A DNA stretch of 63,746 nt, the filler included, from Craspedostauros australis (Eukaryota): NCBI GenBank assembly GCA_030167865.1. It is 12 parts of 12 records of this genome, joined end to end, with 100 filler letters (N's around TTAATTAATTAA, not from the genome) between each part and the next. Parts side by side here need not be neighbours in the genome. Positions count along the whole stretch, not along the records: positions 23,933 to 25,717 come from JALAGF010003023.1; positions 25,818 to 51,012 come from JALAGF010003025.1; 10 more parts are not named here. The stretch is one strand, 5' to 3'. The translations under genes were made by a program, and so were the position numbers. Below, piece by piece: positions 23,933 through 36,776 of this stretch. Position 1 is the first letter of the stretch, and each line of letters opens with the position of its first letter. The notes beneath the pieces are model-generated. The model saw only the letters and a program-made list of their open reading frames with translations, had not been told where the DNA came from and made no database searches.

Positions 23933-25717
23933 GAACGAAGATCGTATTCGACCGAGTCTTCCCCACAGCCAACGGATTCATCACAGGAGTGCAGATGCAT
24001 CCCATCATGCCAACGAATGACGACAAGGCTTGCACAGCCATCATCAAGAATCCATCCAAGGAGATCAGCGCAGTGAACTTGCATCGAATGCTCGGCCACG
24101 CGCCACTCGAGACCATGAAGCGGACGGCCGCTCAATACGAATGGAAGATAATCGGCGAGATGCCGGTATGTCGCGACTGCGCGGTCGCGAACGCAAGAGT
24201 GAAGAACATTCCGAAGGCAACCATTCCGAGAGCGACTCGCNGCGGCGAACGNCTCTTCATTGNCATTAGTTACACTAAACACATAAGNTTNGGAGATAAA
24301 CGCTACTGGACCCTGATCGTGGACGACTGCACGGATCACTGCTGGAGTTTCTTTCTCAAGAACAAGAGTGACCAACCAGGGTACATCAAACGATTCGTCC
24401 AGACGATCAAATCACAGACTGGTGATCAACAAATCATCTTCCAAGGTGACAACAGCGGAGAGAACAAATCCACGCAGGATATTCTCATCGATGCAGGACT
24501 CAACGTGAAATTCGAATACACGGCATCGAACACGCCGCAACAGAACGGCAGAGTAGAACGCAAGTTCGCGTACCTCTACACCAAGGTCTGTTCCATGCTC
24601 AACGGAGCACAACTCGATGAAGAGTATAGGCATGGCCTGCGGGCAGCAGCTGCAAGCACTGCCACTGCCATCGCCAACATCACTGTAGCGAAGAACCAGA
24701 AGGAGTCACCATACCGCCAATTCTTTGGCAGCGATCCACCATACGCGGATGCACTCCGCACTTTCGGAGAGGTGGGTGTTGTGAAGACTACCTACGGCGG
24801 GATCACCGCCAAACTCAAGAACAGAGGAGAAGAGATGGTGTTCATCGGATATGCACACCAACACGCATCAGGAGTCTACAACATGTACAGACCATCAACC
24901 AAGTCACTGATCTGCTCACGTGATATCAAGTGGCTCAACCAATCATACGGACAGTTCCGTGGCTGGGCACCAGTACCGAACATATCCAACGAAACAGGAA
25001 CAACGGACGCAGACGGCTTCACAACCATTGGACGGAAGGGAGCAATGCCAAGGACGGCAACGCATCAAACATCGGAAGCAAAGAGAGTATCTTTCGCTGA
25101 CAGCAACAGGTACTACATCCTATCGGACAGCGACGATGAGGATACTGAGGACGATGGAACAGTAACTCAACTAGTCCACAACGAGGAGGCAGATCGGAGC
25201 GAGTCCAATCATGAGGATGACGAAATCCTACCCTCCGGCGACGAAGCCGATGATGAGACAGGTGTCACCCCTCCGAACACACCAGCGAGGTCTACACATG
25301 ACACACCATCCAGACCTCCACCGAGCAAACCAAGCAAGCGTGACATAGCTAGAANNNNNNNNNNNNNNNNNNNNNNNNNNNNNNNNNNNNNNNNNNNNNN
25401 NNNNNNNNNNNNNNCTGCAGGGAAGAGTATTCCCAGAGCTCTGCGTGAGCTCGCAGACTTCAACGAACGAGGTCGAAAGGAAGAAGGCTATGAGAGCGAC
25501 CCATCATCCAACGAAGACAGTGATGAACTCGGCGATGAGATGATCGACGACTCCAACAACGAAACTACAGATGACAAAGAAATCGAAGACGAAGATGAAG
25601 AGATCGAGATCACTCATCATAGTACAACTGGACTATACGGAATGAATGCAATCATCACCGAGAGACCAGCGATCGACATCGGATTGTCGATGCAGGACGA
25701 GAACAAGGAACCAGAGA
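23933..25717 (+). mobile_element. Ty1/copia retrotransposon fragment: gag-pre-integrase/integrase plus acidic linker
   Basis: LHRMLGH...CRDC, LIVDDCT..W.FFLKNKSD, GDNSGEN, NTPQQNGRVERK, LRTFG, FIGY, SRDIKW. Confidence 0.95.
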
Positions 25718-27377
25718 NNNNNNNNNNNNNNNNNNNNNNNNNNNNNNNNNNNNNNNNNNNNTTAATTAATTAANNNNNNNNNNNNNNNNNNNNNNNNNNN
25801 NNNNNNNNNNNNNNNNNAAATTGTGAGGAGGGGAAGCGAAGATGATGTGTGTGACGATTCCAAACGTGCCTGTGGTGCCCAAACACGTCTCGAATACCCA
25901 AATGCATTCGTGAATGATGGGGGTGCTTGACGTATCGTGTCATTGCTCGCCGAGCAAGAGAGCGACAGACACCAAACTTTAGGATTGTATATATAAACTA
26001 TATAATATGCTACAATATAATTACGAGTACAGGATGGCCCATACGAGCTAAGTCCGGAGAGTTTAACTTTGGTTGATGCTGTTTTTGGCCTTTTTTTGTT
26101 CGGGACTTAAGTAGAACGTGTACCACGATCTACACGACATTTTTCTTGTAACCAACTGTAACCAACTGTAACCAAAAAAATTGGTTACAGCCGGCTCTTT
26201 GAGGCACTACTCCTGGGCGAATTTCGGAAGGAAGAGCACAGCCCTCTGCTTCTTTCATTCGGAGCGGAGATGAAGGTGTAGCGGTCGACTGTTGTTGCAG
26301 TGAGAGCATGAATGCGCGAGTACTCCCACGATGTGTGCCATTTGACAGCGACGGTGGGAGGAGATCTGTTCTCACAAACTCCACAAGCTCCACAACCCAA
26401 CCCACATCACAGTCTTCGCCAACTCTTTCCCCAGGCTCCGACTCAGCACACAACGTTGCTCCCAGTGCAATCATGACCGACCCAATCATGCAAAGGCGTG
26501 AGTTTTTCTTGTTCTCTGCCGCATTTTGAACTCGGGACATCCGGAGCTTGCACCGTTTGTTGCTGGATACGTGTGCGAGGCCAGCGAGGAATGCGGGCTG
26601 ATGACTGTTTCAACCTGGATCGTCTCAACCAGCATACCATAGACGTCAGAGATTGTACTGATACGCTGTTGGAATAGAAGCCTCTGTTCACAGAGGAAGC
26701 AGGCTTCACTGCGATCTCAACAGACAACAACCAACAACGGGAGAAAGACTCACACCTCCGTTTCGTCGCTTTGTGGTGTTCACCTCCACTATATCCACCC
26801 GCTGATCGGCCCACCTCCATGCCCCTGTCCATGCCTCAAACATCTACAGTAAAGAAACGAATGCGAGTTGTGCTTCAACCAAGAAGATCAGCAGCAGCAA
26901 ATGCATCAACTGTTCCGGACAGCATCACGATTACATCCGACACAGACATGCCAGATCATGCCGTGACGCATGCAAAAGATCTGGACATGAGGTTGTTGTA
27001 TCCCTTTGAATGGAATGTGTACTATGGCCAGTAGCACCCTTCTATTATACGTCCTACCAAATACTCAGACAGCTCAGTATCACACATCCCCACATGCTCC
27101 ATGCACGATACGGAGTGCCAGAATGTCATCAATATCTTCTGTAAACTAATACATGCTCATACATACAAAACTTGCAAAAGTAGGAGTGCATTGCCTTGTC
27201 TTCTGAAACCTCCAAGTGTCCCACATAGAGTTAAAAGGAGGCGGAGAAAAGCGTCGTCGACGCGGTCGCACAAAAAGACCGACTAATCATTGAGGTTTTT
27301 GTTTATGTGGGCACTGGTGGCACCAAATGGCGTCGAAGTTCCGCGTTTGGAGTGGCATTCTTGCCCCCAAACATTTG

Positions 27378-28329
27378 CTAAAATCCAAGCTCCGCAAGCC
27401 ACTGCTTCACCTCTCGCACACGGTTTCCCTTGATCTCTACGGTCCCACCGACACGAACTCGAATTGGATCATCCCGCGGATTCTTGAATTTGTTGAGCTG
27501 CAGCACTGCTCGGAGTTCTGTGAGGAAGTCCTCCGTGTCTCCCGTGACCTTGCGGATGCGTGTTGTCACTCTGGAGCCGTCCTTTCTGCTCGTGTGTACA
27601 TAGAGCGGAGAAGTAGTAGAAGTGGTGGGGTATTTTCGAAACGAATACGCCGAACGGTGAGCATTCAATTGGCAATGATACAAATTGTGTGAGAATCCAA
27701 TCCAACAGATATCCAATCCAACAGATGGATGAGGGCAACATTCCTGCAGCAAACCGATCTTTTTGGGAGAAATGATAGAGCGGCGCCGCACTGACCGCAT
27801 CGCATCCAACTGCCATCGCCAATTCGTCAGCATCATCATGCACGCACCTGAATTCTGAGTACACTGGCAGGAAGCCCGCAGCATTGTTGGGCTTGTTCTT
27901 TGTCCTCGCAACCAAAAAGGGGTACGCCGGGACCTCGACATCTGGACCTGGTGGTGCAGACCATCCGTTCGTGAGGATGTTCGCCTCCATGATGGCCGGA
28001 TACCTTCGCTCAGGAATCGGTTCTGGCTTTGGCAGCAAATCCATGCGCCGGGCCACGCGCAATCGAGCAGGGTTCTTTCGGAATAGTCGGTTGATCTGTC
28101 GTTTGGAATGCTTCCATCGTTGCTGCTGCTGCTGCTGCTGTGAGTGTTGTGATTGATGAAGCTGGATTTGGGCTGGCATCCCAATGGAAGATCCATTCAG
28201 CCCACAAAGAGCATTGATGTGGGCTGCACCATTGGTTGCATTCGCGATCTCATTGATACCCAATCTTCCATTCAAGCCAATTGCTGAGATGGACGCAAAG
28301 CCTCTGTTGAATGCCACTCGAGACGCCAT
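27378..28329 (-). CDS. MRPL49: Mitochondrial ribosomal protein mL49 (Img2), 2 exons
   Basis: Exons 28329-27848 and 27585-27378 with a GT..AG intron at 27847-27586 join LPVYSEFR|KDGSRVTTRIRKVTGD...VEIKGN...KQWLAELGF. The start Met is uncertain. Confidence 0.88.
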
Positions 28330-29612
28330 GGTGGTTGTGTTCGTGATACTGGCACTGGGCAATGGCGATGCTGTCGTTGCTGTCGTTGCTCGATACTCTG
28401 GTATAGGGTATCGTGGTGATATCTTGCCGTGCAAGCGCAACAATGGCGATGGCGACGTCCACGCGCCCAAATTGTTGATCGATGCCAGTTTGATGTGTTG
28501 TTTGTGCGGTGCCTCGAGAGCGCTGTGTTCGTCTCCTCGATTCTGTGATGTCCATGTGGTCGTTGTTGTCATTCCCAATAATTTCGGAAGCCCATAACCC
28601 AATGACTATTTGATTTGGCTGAAAGAGCATCGTTCTTCGCCATTCGATCAATCGTGAGCGTTTGAAGTCGGCTCAATCGAAGATTTCACGTTTCGCCAGA
28701 AATCGATCGCCTCGTTTGGATGTGTCGAACGAATTTTGTGGCTGTCTTTTGAGGCAACGAGAAAGGGAAAGGAACAGGACGGAACGGAACGGGACGGATG
28801 TGGAAGGCAACGCGAGGGATGCCCAAAGAGAAGAGGGGGAACAGGGCCGCTCGATCGCGCCAGTTGTCTGCTTGTGGTTGCTCTGCCTTTTGATTGGGAT
28901 TTGCTGGAAGTGCTCACAAGCTGAACCCAAGACCACCCAGCTTGTCCTTCCTACGAGTACAACCACTCTACTATACTCCAACGTAGAGCACACGCACACG
29001 CACAGGAAGCCAGGAATACACAAACGATCGCAAGGAAGAACGAAAGGAAGAACACAAGGAGGCACAGGCGCATCCAAACAGGTACGCAAGTCCACAGTCT
29101 CAGCAAGCTTCATCAGTCTCTTCCTCCGAGATCCACCATTCGCTCTTGTCTCTCTCTCTCTCGCTCTCTATTCGGTTCTCGTTTTCGACCAGAGACCAAG
29201 CACACACACTCACACCCAACAGCGCCAGCAGCCAAGTCAAGCCAAATCGGGTCAACTCGAGTCGAAGAATAGAATAGAAGAGAAGGCGCAGAGGCCTCAA
29301 AAAGCATCACATCAACAAGGTCAACAAATCAACAAGCCAAAGCCAACCAAGACACACCAAGAGACACGCCAAGAAATTCGACAAGACAAGTCCCAAGGCG
29401 ACGAAGAGCATCTGCGAACAGCTGTCGCAAAGCCTGAAATTCACGTTCACGAACGAACGAACGACCGGACGTCCATTTGCTCTGCATTCATCACAAGCAC
29501 AGCACGCATACCAACCTTACGAAGTATTACATTGTATTCTAGAATACAAAGTAAAAAGTACGAAGTACAGGTGCACCCACTCTGCAAACGTACGGATACA
29601 ACGATAGGCATC

Positions 29613-32600
29613 ATGTCGGGCACACCTGGCGAGATCTTCCAGCAACGCCGAGCGGCGGCTGCATCCAAGCAACAGGCCGCGAAAGATGGCGATGCAACCA
29701 GCGCAAACAATGCCAATTCGAAGCGCAGCAGCTTCTTGGAGATCCAACAGGAGCAGCAGCAGCAAAAGCAAACCACAAGGTCATCATCATCATCATCCGG
29801 ACAGGGATCCAGGCTGCTCAAACGTGATTCCAGCTCATCGCTCAATCAGCGCGGCGGATTCAACGGGGGCGGCTTCAATGGTGGCGGCAGCAATGGTGGT
29901 GGTGGAAGAGGAACAGGTCGGCGATCCTCCTCACGTAGGTCTCAAAACTCTTCCTCCAGATCGGGTGGTCCGGACTTCACGGACTTTCCGTTGGAGCTGG
30001 GCATCATCTGTTCCCTCAAGGAATCGTTTGGATTCATTCACTGCGCTGACCGAGAGGCGGAAGTCTTCTTCCACTATTCCTACCTCGACAAGGCCAGCGT
30101 TCATTCCGATGATCTCGCCATCGATATGGAAGTGGAGTTCCGCATTGGACCCAGCTCCCGCGACCCGCAGCAAAATGCAGCCTACGATGTTCGACCCTTG
30201 CCGGAAGGCCGGGCCATCGAATGGGAGTTCCAAGAACAACCGGGCGTCACCTTTCAAGGCCACATCGACAGAGTCGCGCGCAGCGACAGATCTGGTCGCA
30301 ACGATACATCCGAGGGCACCATTCGTCTTCTTCCTGCCAAGGCAGAGGGCGGCGACAACGACAAGAACAACGGCAACAGCAACGGCAACAGCAACAGCAA
30401 CGACGACGACGACGACGACACCAATGGCGAAGACAACAAGGAAACAGCCAAGCAACAGGCGGTCAAGTATATCCCCAACTCCTACACCCCAACCAACAAG
30501 AAACGAACGGCGTCGCGGCTTGGCAAGGGCGATCTGGTGGAGTTCGTCGTCGTGATCGATCGCCGCACCAAATCAAAGTTCGCCAGAGAAATCAAGCTCC
30601 TGAAATCGGAACGTGAAGCGCAACAGCAGCAACGCGAAATGGAGCAGCTGCAGAATGCAACCATCGAGCAGGGTGTCGTGGTGTCCATCAAAGCAGATTA
30701 TGGTTTCATCAAATCCAACCAACGCAAGCAGCAGGTGTACTTTCATATTTCGAGCCTTGGCGACCTCACCAGTGAACAAGGGGAGACCATCAATGGGGCA
30801 CCCCCACAAATCCAGATTGGCCAAGAGGTGGAGTTCAAGGTGTTGCAGACTCAGCAGTCGCAACAGCAGCAGCAGCAACCGCAAGGTAGAAAGAGCGGTT
30901 CGGACAATGGCAACAACAACAACAACAATGGTGGAAAGTCGAGTGCGCGTCACATCAAACTGCTGCAGCCCGGCACGGTTCGGTTCCGCAAGATCGTGGG
31001 GCAAGCGATCACGGGCATTGTCTCTCTGTGCCCGCAACCTCCAGCCCTGGCTGGAACATCGGATCCGTACCGCAAGAACAAGTCAACAGATATATCTGGA
31101 GCAGCTGTGGCCAAGGATGGCAGTGTCCTCGGAAAGCTTCGACTCCTTGAGCCATTGGTCGTTCCAACTGTGTCTGCGGCGTCCAACGGTGAAGATCAAG
31201 CGGCGGCTACGACAACAACAATTAGCGAAATCACATTCGCGTGGGATCAAGTACCGGGTGGTATCTATTCCTTCCCAATCGTATCCAGGGGTGGTGGCAA
31301 CGGAGCGGCGTCCGGATTCAGCACGCTCTGGATCAAACCAGGCGACCGCCTTTGTTTTGATGTCGTTCATGACTTCGCGGAAGACGCATTCCTCGCAACT
31401 CCAATCTTGCTAGATCCAAAATCCGTTGATGCGTTCGAAACGCCAGCAATCATTCCGGGCAAGGCGAAAATGCTACAGCTCTCTTGCCTGAGCTTGGCCG
31501 GTCGTTATGAAGGTGTCATCCAGTCGCTCAACCTCCAACGAGGCTTTGGTTTCATCCAATTTGCAGAGACCAATGCCACCATCCACTTCAAGATCGGCGA
31601 TGTCATGCCGGAAGCTGTCCATTCGTCCCTCTACGGCAAGCAATCCGATGCCCTACGCATCGGCGCGTCCGTATCATTCGACTTGACATCGCGAGCCGGC
31701 AAGCCCAACACCTCCCGCGGCAAATCACCACCAAGACGCGGACGCAACGCGGCCAGGAACGAGAAGGAACTCGTGCAGGCATACCGCGTCACAATCCATC
31801 CTCTCGATCAACCAGTCCAGCATGAGATCAAGGCGATCGCGAATACCAAGGCCACGGTCGTCAAGGAGGACAAGAAGCAGCTGTACGCGGGAGCTCTCGA
31901 ATGCGAGGTCGAATTCGTCGATCACATGACCCTCTCAGAACGCCATCCCACCGTCGCGAGGATGTTGCGGGACTTTTACGAGGAATCCGACAAACCGAAT
32001 GGCCGTCAATCCATCATGTACTTCGACACAATCCCTCTGGCCGAAGACCATGCCGTTGTGGCCCTGGTGAACGATCTCTATTATGACACGATGGAGGTTC
32101 AGCATGTGCCTGTGGCAAAGTACCCCGCGCATCCGGGGCGTTTGCGCATTTCACGACGAAGGGATGCCGCCGAGGAAAGTGCCGCTCCAGTTGATGGTGG
32201 GAGCAAGGACGGTGCATCGGAAGAACACACGGGAGGCAACGGCGCTGACCAAGGCGACGTGGACAACAAGAACGGCGACGCTGGTGCGACTTCCGGCGCT
32301 GGTGCCGAATCGCCATCCGCTCAAACCAACAAGGCTGTTCGCAAACGCAAGAAGCAACCGAAAGGACCGACGAAACACATCACGTTTTCGAAGCAATCCC
32401 TCACGGAGGCAGCCAAGGACGATGTTCCACCCAACGTCGGCGACACTATCGTTTGCGATTTGTACATGATTCGTCGCAACGGACGCATGACCGTGCGCAA
32501 CATGCGCGTCGTCGAACGTGCGGAGCGAGAGGAAATGCAAATGGAAGGTGACAGCACTTCTGGTGTTGGCATCGTCAAGGAGTTCCACCCAAAACGTAAC

Positions 32601-33908
32601 TTCGGCTTTGTGCACGTGCTGGATGAAACCGCTACCAAACGCGACATTCTCTTCTTCAACATGCCACCCAGCTCTCCATCTGCGACCAGCGGCGGCGGAG
32701 ATTACGGCAAGAACATCGCCGTCAAGAGGGGTGACGAGGTGAGCTTCGATATCGTGACGGAGACGAACGGGAAAACAGTCGCCAAGAATGTGCAGCTGAT
32801 GAAGAAGAACAGCATCCCGAACAAGACGGCCAAGAATGCCTGTTTTGGTTTCATCTTGTTGGAACCATCCCACACAAAGCTTTCCGACACCCCAGCGCGC
32901 AAGCTCCGCAGCACAGCATCCTCCGGCAGCAACGAAAGCGGGAAGTTGTCCAGCAGATGGGACAATACAGCCGACGCACCTCACAAGGCCCACCACAAGG
33001 ACTTGGCAGAGGAGGGTTCGATTCTCCTGGTCGACGACAAGACCGGGATGTTCAACAAACGCAAGGCGCCACCTATGACCAAATCGTCTGGTTCGATCGA
33101 ATCTGTTCTTTCAATTCAAGACGAAAGCGCAGCAGAGACCAAGGAAGCTGCTGATGCGAATGCGGCAGCGGGTGGCGCTGCGGACGGTGAAAGCCAAGCA
33201 GCAACCCAAGCAGACGCAAACCAAGCCACAGCCTGGCCTCCAGCTGAAAGCAGCATGATCTTGCATCACATTCCATATAAGAGCGGCTCCACCGCCATCC
33301 ACGGAGCGGGTTCCACAACTTGCTTCGATGGCTCGACCAAGCCCCGCAGAGGCGACTACGTGTCTTTCGTCAAGGGTCGCGATGGGAAAGGAGCGCGGGA
33401 TATCAGGGTCGTCCGTCGCCAACATGCCACGAGGGTGCGCGGTAGATTGGAGAACATCGTCTGCCTGGAACAAGACGACGACACCGACAGCATCTCCAAC
33501 GCCGGCACAGCACGATTCATCGCCGCCACGGCAGATCAGAAGGAATACAACATCGATCTGTCCGAGGTGGTGAGTTGCAGCGCCGCGCTGCTGAAGGAGA
33601 AAGACGCCGTCGAGGGTGTGGTTTATCAGGGCCAGGTGTTTGGTATCTGCCGAACGACGGATCTGTACCTGGAGTCCAAATTGGGAACCAAGCACAAGGA
33701 GCGACCGAAGCTGAACCTCACTGTGAAGAGGGATCGCGGCGGTACGATCATGGCCCAATCCATGATGGCGAAGGGACCGGATGGTACAACCGGGTTCGCC
33801 GCAGGTTGGACGAACCGAACCAACCCGTTCGTGTCGGAAGCGGAAGCGAAGGAGGGCGATGCCCAAGCAGACGCGGGCTCTCCTGCCGAAGAGGAAGCAA
33901 CCGCATGA
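29613..33908 (+). CDS. CSDE1: Multi-cold-shock-domain RNA-binding protein, CSDE1/UNR-like
   Basis: Repeated CSD RNP motifs (KESFGFI..EVFFHYS, KADYGFI..VYFHIS, RGFGFI..IHF, RNFGFV..ILFF) and a C-terminal SUZ-C-like AKGPDGTTGF. The first in-frame ATG is at 29613. Confidence 0.85.
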   Translation: MSGTPGEIFQQRRAAAASKQQAAKDGDATSANNANSKRSSFLEIQQEQQQQKQTTRSSSSSSGQGSRLLKRDSSSSLNQRGGFNGGGFNGGGSNGGGGRGTGRRSSSRRSQNSSSRSGGPDFTDFPLELGIICSLKESFGFIHCADREAEVFFHYSYLDKASVHSDDLAIDMEVEFRIGPSSRDPQQNAAYDVRPLPEGRAIEWEFQEQPGVTFQGHIDRVARSDRSGRNDTSEGTIRLLPAKAEGGDNDKNNGNSNGNSNSNDDDDDDTNGEDNKETAKQQAVKYIPNSYTPTNKKRTASRLGKGDLVEFVVVIDRRTKSKFAREIKLLKSEREAQQQQREMEQLQNATIEQGVVVSIKADYGFIKSNQRKQQVYFHISSLGDLTSEQGETINGAPPQIQIGQEVEFKVLQTQQSQQQQQQPQGRKSGSDNGNNNNNNGGKSSARHIKLLQPGTVRFRKIVGQAITGIVSLCPQPPALAGTSDPYRKNKSTDISGAAVAKDGSVLGKLRLLEPLVVPTVSAASNGEDQAAATTTTISEITFAWDQVPGGIYSFPIVSRGGGNGAASGFSTLWIKPGDRLCFDVVHDFAEDAFLATPILLDPKSVDAFETPAIIPGKAKMLQLSCLSLAGRYEGVIQSLNLQRGFGFIQFAETNATIHFKIGDVMPEAVHSSLYGKQSDALRIGASVSFDLTSRAGKPNTSRGKSPPRRGRNAARNEKELVQAYRVTIHPLDQPVQHEIKAIANTKATVVKEDKKQLYAGALECEVEFVDHMTLSERHPTVARMLRDFYEESDKPNGRQSIMYFDTIPLAEDHAVVALVNDLYYDTMEVQHVPVAKYPAHPGRLRISRRRDAAEESAAPVDGGSKDGASEEHTGGNGADQGDVDNKNGDAGATSGAGAESPSAQTNKAVRKRKKQPKGPTKHITFSKQSLTEAAKDDVPPNVGDTIVCDLYMIRRNGRMTVRNMRVVERAEREEMQMEGDSTSGVGIVKEFHPKRNFGFVHVLDETATKRDILFFNMPPSSPSATSGGGDYGKNIAVKRGDEVSFDIVTETNGKTVAKNVQLMKKNSIPNKTAKNACFGFILLEPSHTKLSDTPARKLRSTASSGSNESGKLSSRWDNTADAPHKAHHKDLAEEGSILLVDDKTGMFNKRKAPPMTKSSGSIESVLSIQDESAAETKEAADANAAAGGAADGESQAATQADANQATAWPPAESSMILHHIPYKSGSTAIHGAGSTTCFDGSTKPRRGDYVSFVKGRDGKGARDIRVVRRQHATRVRGRLENIVCLEQDDDTDSISNAGTARFIAATADQKEYNIDLSEVVSCSAALLKEKDAVEGVVYQGQVFGICRTTDLYLESKLGTKHKERPKLNLTVKRDRGGTIMAQSMMAKGPDGTTGFAAGWTNRTNPFVSEAEAKEGDAQADAGSPAEEEATA

Positions 33909-34596
33909 TCGATCATCCAGGTTTGAGGCTGGTCTGCTTTGCTCCACTCAGGAGGCAGACGAACAAACGAACTCGAAAGGATATGATCTCGTGTTGCCAC
34001 AGCATAATATCATACAAACCAACAACCACAAGTACGAATGCGCACATCGTTTCTTGTACTTTTCCTTGTACTTTTCCTTGGCTCCGATCCAGCACTGTGC
34101 CTCACTTCGCAGGAATGAGGGTACCATGCTCTGGAGTACTTCATCTGGTTTGATGGTGGCAATACGAATTCATGAGTATCGCAGGGCATGTGGTATGGCG
34201 CACCTCCTTCCCTCTTACCTCTCTCTCCCTCTCTGTCTCTTCACTGTGGATGAGACTGTGCCCGCAAAACTGTTCACAGATGGCGACAGTTGGCGGAGTT
34301 CGAGGTAGTTTTGAATTTTGTGGTTTGCGGCGCAGTTGCGACACAGAGGTATCTTACCGTCAGGACTCTCAGCGTGTAGTGTTCCTTGCGTGAAAAAAAT
34401 GTGCCACATTCTGCCTTTCTTGTTTTCACGCTGGGAAGAGATGGGTTTGCAGAAGCATCTGTGGCTCATCTGGACCAAACCCATCACACGAGGGTCACCA
34501 CAGAAGAAACCCACCACAAACGAAGGGAGGGAGGGTACGAAATGGAGGAGCATCATCACACTCATAATCCATCACCATTACCATCATCTATTCGCA

Positions 34597-36776
34597 ATGA
34601 GATCCCTGCATAGATCAAAGGCAACCATGACCTTTCTTGCAGCTTGGATGCTGTTGGCTGGATTGACGGCAGCTCAAATCGAAGGCATGGTGAGAGTTTC
34701 TGGCGCATATGAAATGGACTGCCTTGTAGCACAATGTCATGCGGTGGGCGCCAGCGTCGCTGCGATCGATTGCGGAAGGGACACCATAGGCAGATCATCT
34801 ATTTTACTCTGTGCCGCATATTGGTGATGAAGTGGTGGCACCTCGAGTTTATGTGTTCCGCATGTGGAAGACGTGGTATGGGAGGACGGATGATCGCTGC
34901 TGCACATGGTACGAGCTATTCATGCTGTGCTGAGATCTAACCATTTGTTCTTTGCTTCCTCTCATCATCGCATGATCAAATTCCACACAACTTCATGATG
35001 TAACGCAACACACACACACACACTCTCTCTCTTATAATAGAATGATGTCATCTATGATGAAAGGATCATCCTGCGTTCCGTGGGGACTGGTGAAAGGATC
35101 GGGACGTTGGACGATGTCAACGCCCTCTTTGACACCCACACTCATTTGCTGGCGGCGTTTCCAGACGATGACTTGACGATTCCCGAAATCTACTTTGAGG
35201 GCTGCGTCAAATCGTACTTGCATAATCTATTGACAGAGGTGCGTACTCATTATCAATTGCCGCTGCTTCTATTGCTGTTCTGCGGTTTGCGACGTGGTAG
35301 GTTCCCCTCACATGTGGGTTCGTCGGAAGATTGATTGAAGGATGTTTTCTTCCCATTCCTGCTCGTTGTATCATTCCGCGTCGTATGGTACTACCCCACT
35401 CTACATCCATTTGTTGTTCGCGGCTAACCCCACATCTACTGGTCTGTCGCCTGCTTCTGCTCCACACTCACAGGCAAGCGTTGGAATCGGTGTGGATTGC
35501 ATGTGGCCGCGTGGTTCGACGTCCATGTTCATGATCTCGTTCTTCCAATTCTTCAGCGATCCCGGCGTGTTGGTCCACGCCAACAAAGTCAGTATGGGGA
35601 GGTACATCGCAAACATGGACTACGATCCGTCTGCTTTGGAGGTGGGAGAGGACACCCCCATCTCACCCTTCCGCGATACCTTCTTGGTTGGCGCATTGCC
35701 AGGTCCCGATGATGCCGTCATCGAGGCAAGCGGCCGGTTTTTGGGCTACACAGGGCGGTTGGAGGTTTCCGGCACCATGGAACTCCCAGTCGAAAAGCCA
35801 GCATCGGTGGACTTTATTTGGGAGCTCAACCTGGATGACGACAGCGCCTATCCAACCACGGTGATCTCAGCAACATCAGGAGGCTCCAACCGACTTTTGC
35901 AGCAAGGTGCAGACCGTGCCGCAGAAGGAAAACAGAGACTGATTTGGCACGTTCTGGGTAATTCTATTCCAGTTCCTACTGGTTTTGATGGCGCCATTGA
36001 AATTGCGAATGCGGATCCGTTGCTTCTGTTGGATGATGTGTTTCATGAGAACGAAGTGACGAACTTCAACGGATGCCACCAGACCAATTTGTACGACTTC
36101 ATGCACGTGGTAAGTGTCCAATGTGGTATCGGGGCGGTGTCACGGTGACAAGGTTGGATTCAGCTGACCTCCAGAGAGTTCTGGCTGGCATACATATGGT
36201 CGACCATGTTCAAGCCCATGCGATGTCTAACCCTTTTGTGTCGGTACGAATACACTCATGTTCTCCACACCATGCTGGCAATGTGAACAGGCGCGCATTG
36301 GCTCCGCCATCGAATGCACGTGGGAGGTGCCTGTGAGCGAAGGAGCGAAAGACCTAGCATTTGGCCTCGCTACCATCACATTCTTGATCCATGAGAAGGA
36401 TGGGACGATCGTCCATGCGGACTTTTCCAGCTTCGCAGAAATGCGACCTTCGTTCGGTACCCATCCGATCGACGTGCCGAACCAAGATGGAGTGTCTAGC
36501 AACTTCCTCAACGCAATTCTGCCGACGAAGGAGAGGACAACGATCGTTGATTCCAACAAGAAGTTCTTCAACGTCTCAGGTTGCGCCCGTCGAGTTGGAT
36601 TCCGTCACATTGATGGGTCCAACTTATGGTCCGATGATGTGTGGGTGATGGATCTGGACAGGCCCGTCGATGAAGATGAGAGTGATGGTTCCTTTGCGCA
36701 TCACAACAGTGGTGGTGCGTGTGCCGCTATGATCATCTCCATGATACTCGGTTGCGTCGTTGCAATGTTTGCGTGA
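34597..36776 (+). CDS. Secreted/surface protein of unknown function, 4 exons
   Basis: Exons 34597-34689, 35041-35238, 35474-36109 and 36291-36776 are all flanked by GT/AG and join in phase 0. There is an N-terminal signal peptide and a hydrophobic C-terminal tail (AAMIISMILGCVVAMFA). Confidence 0.72.
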
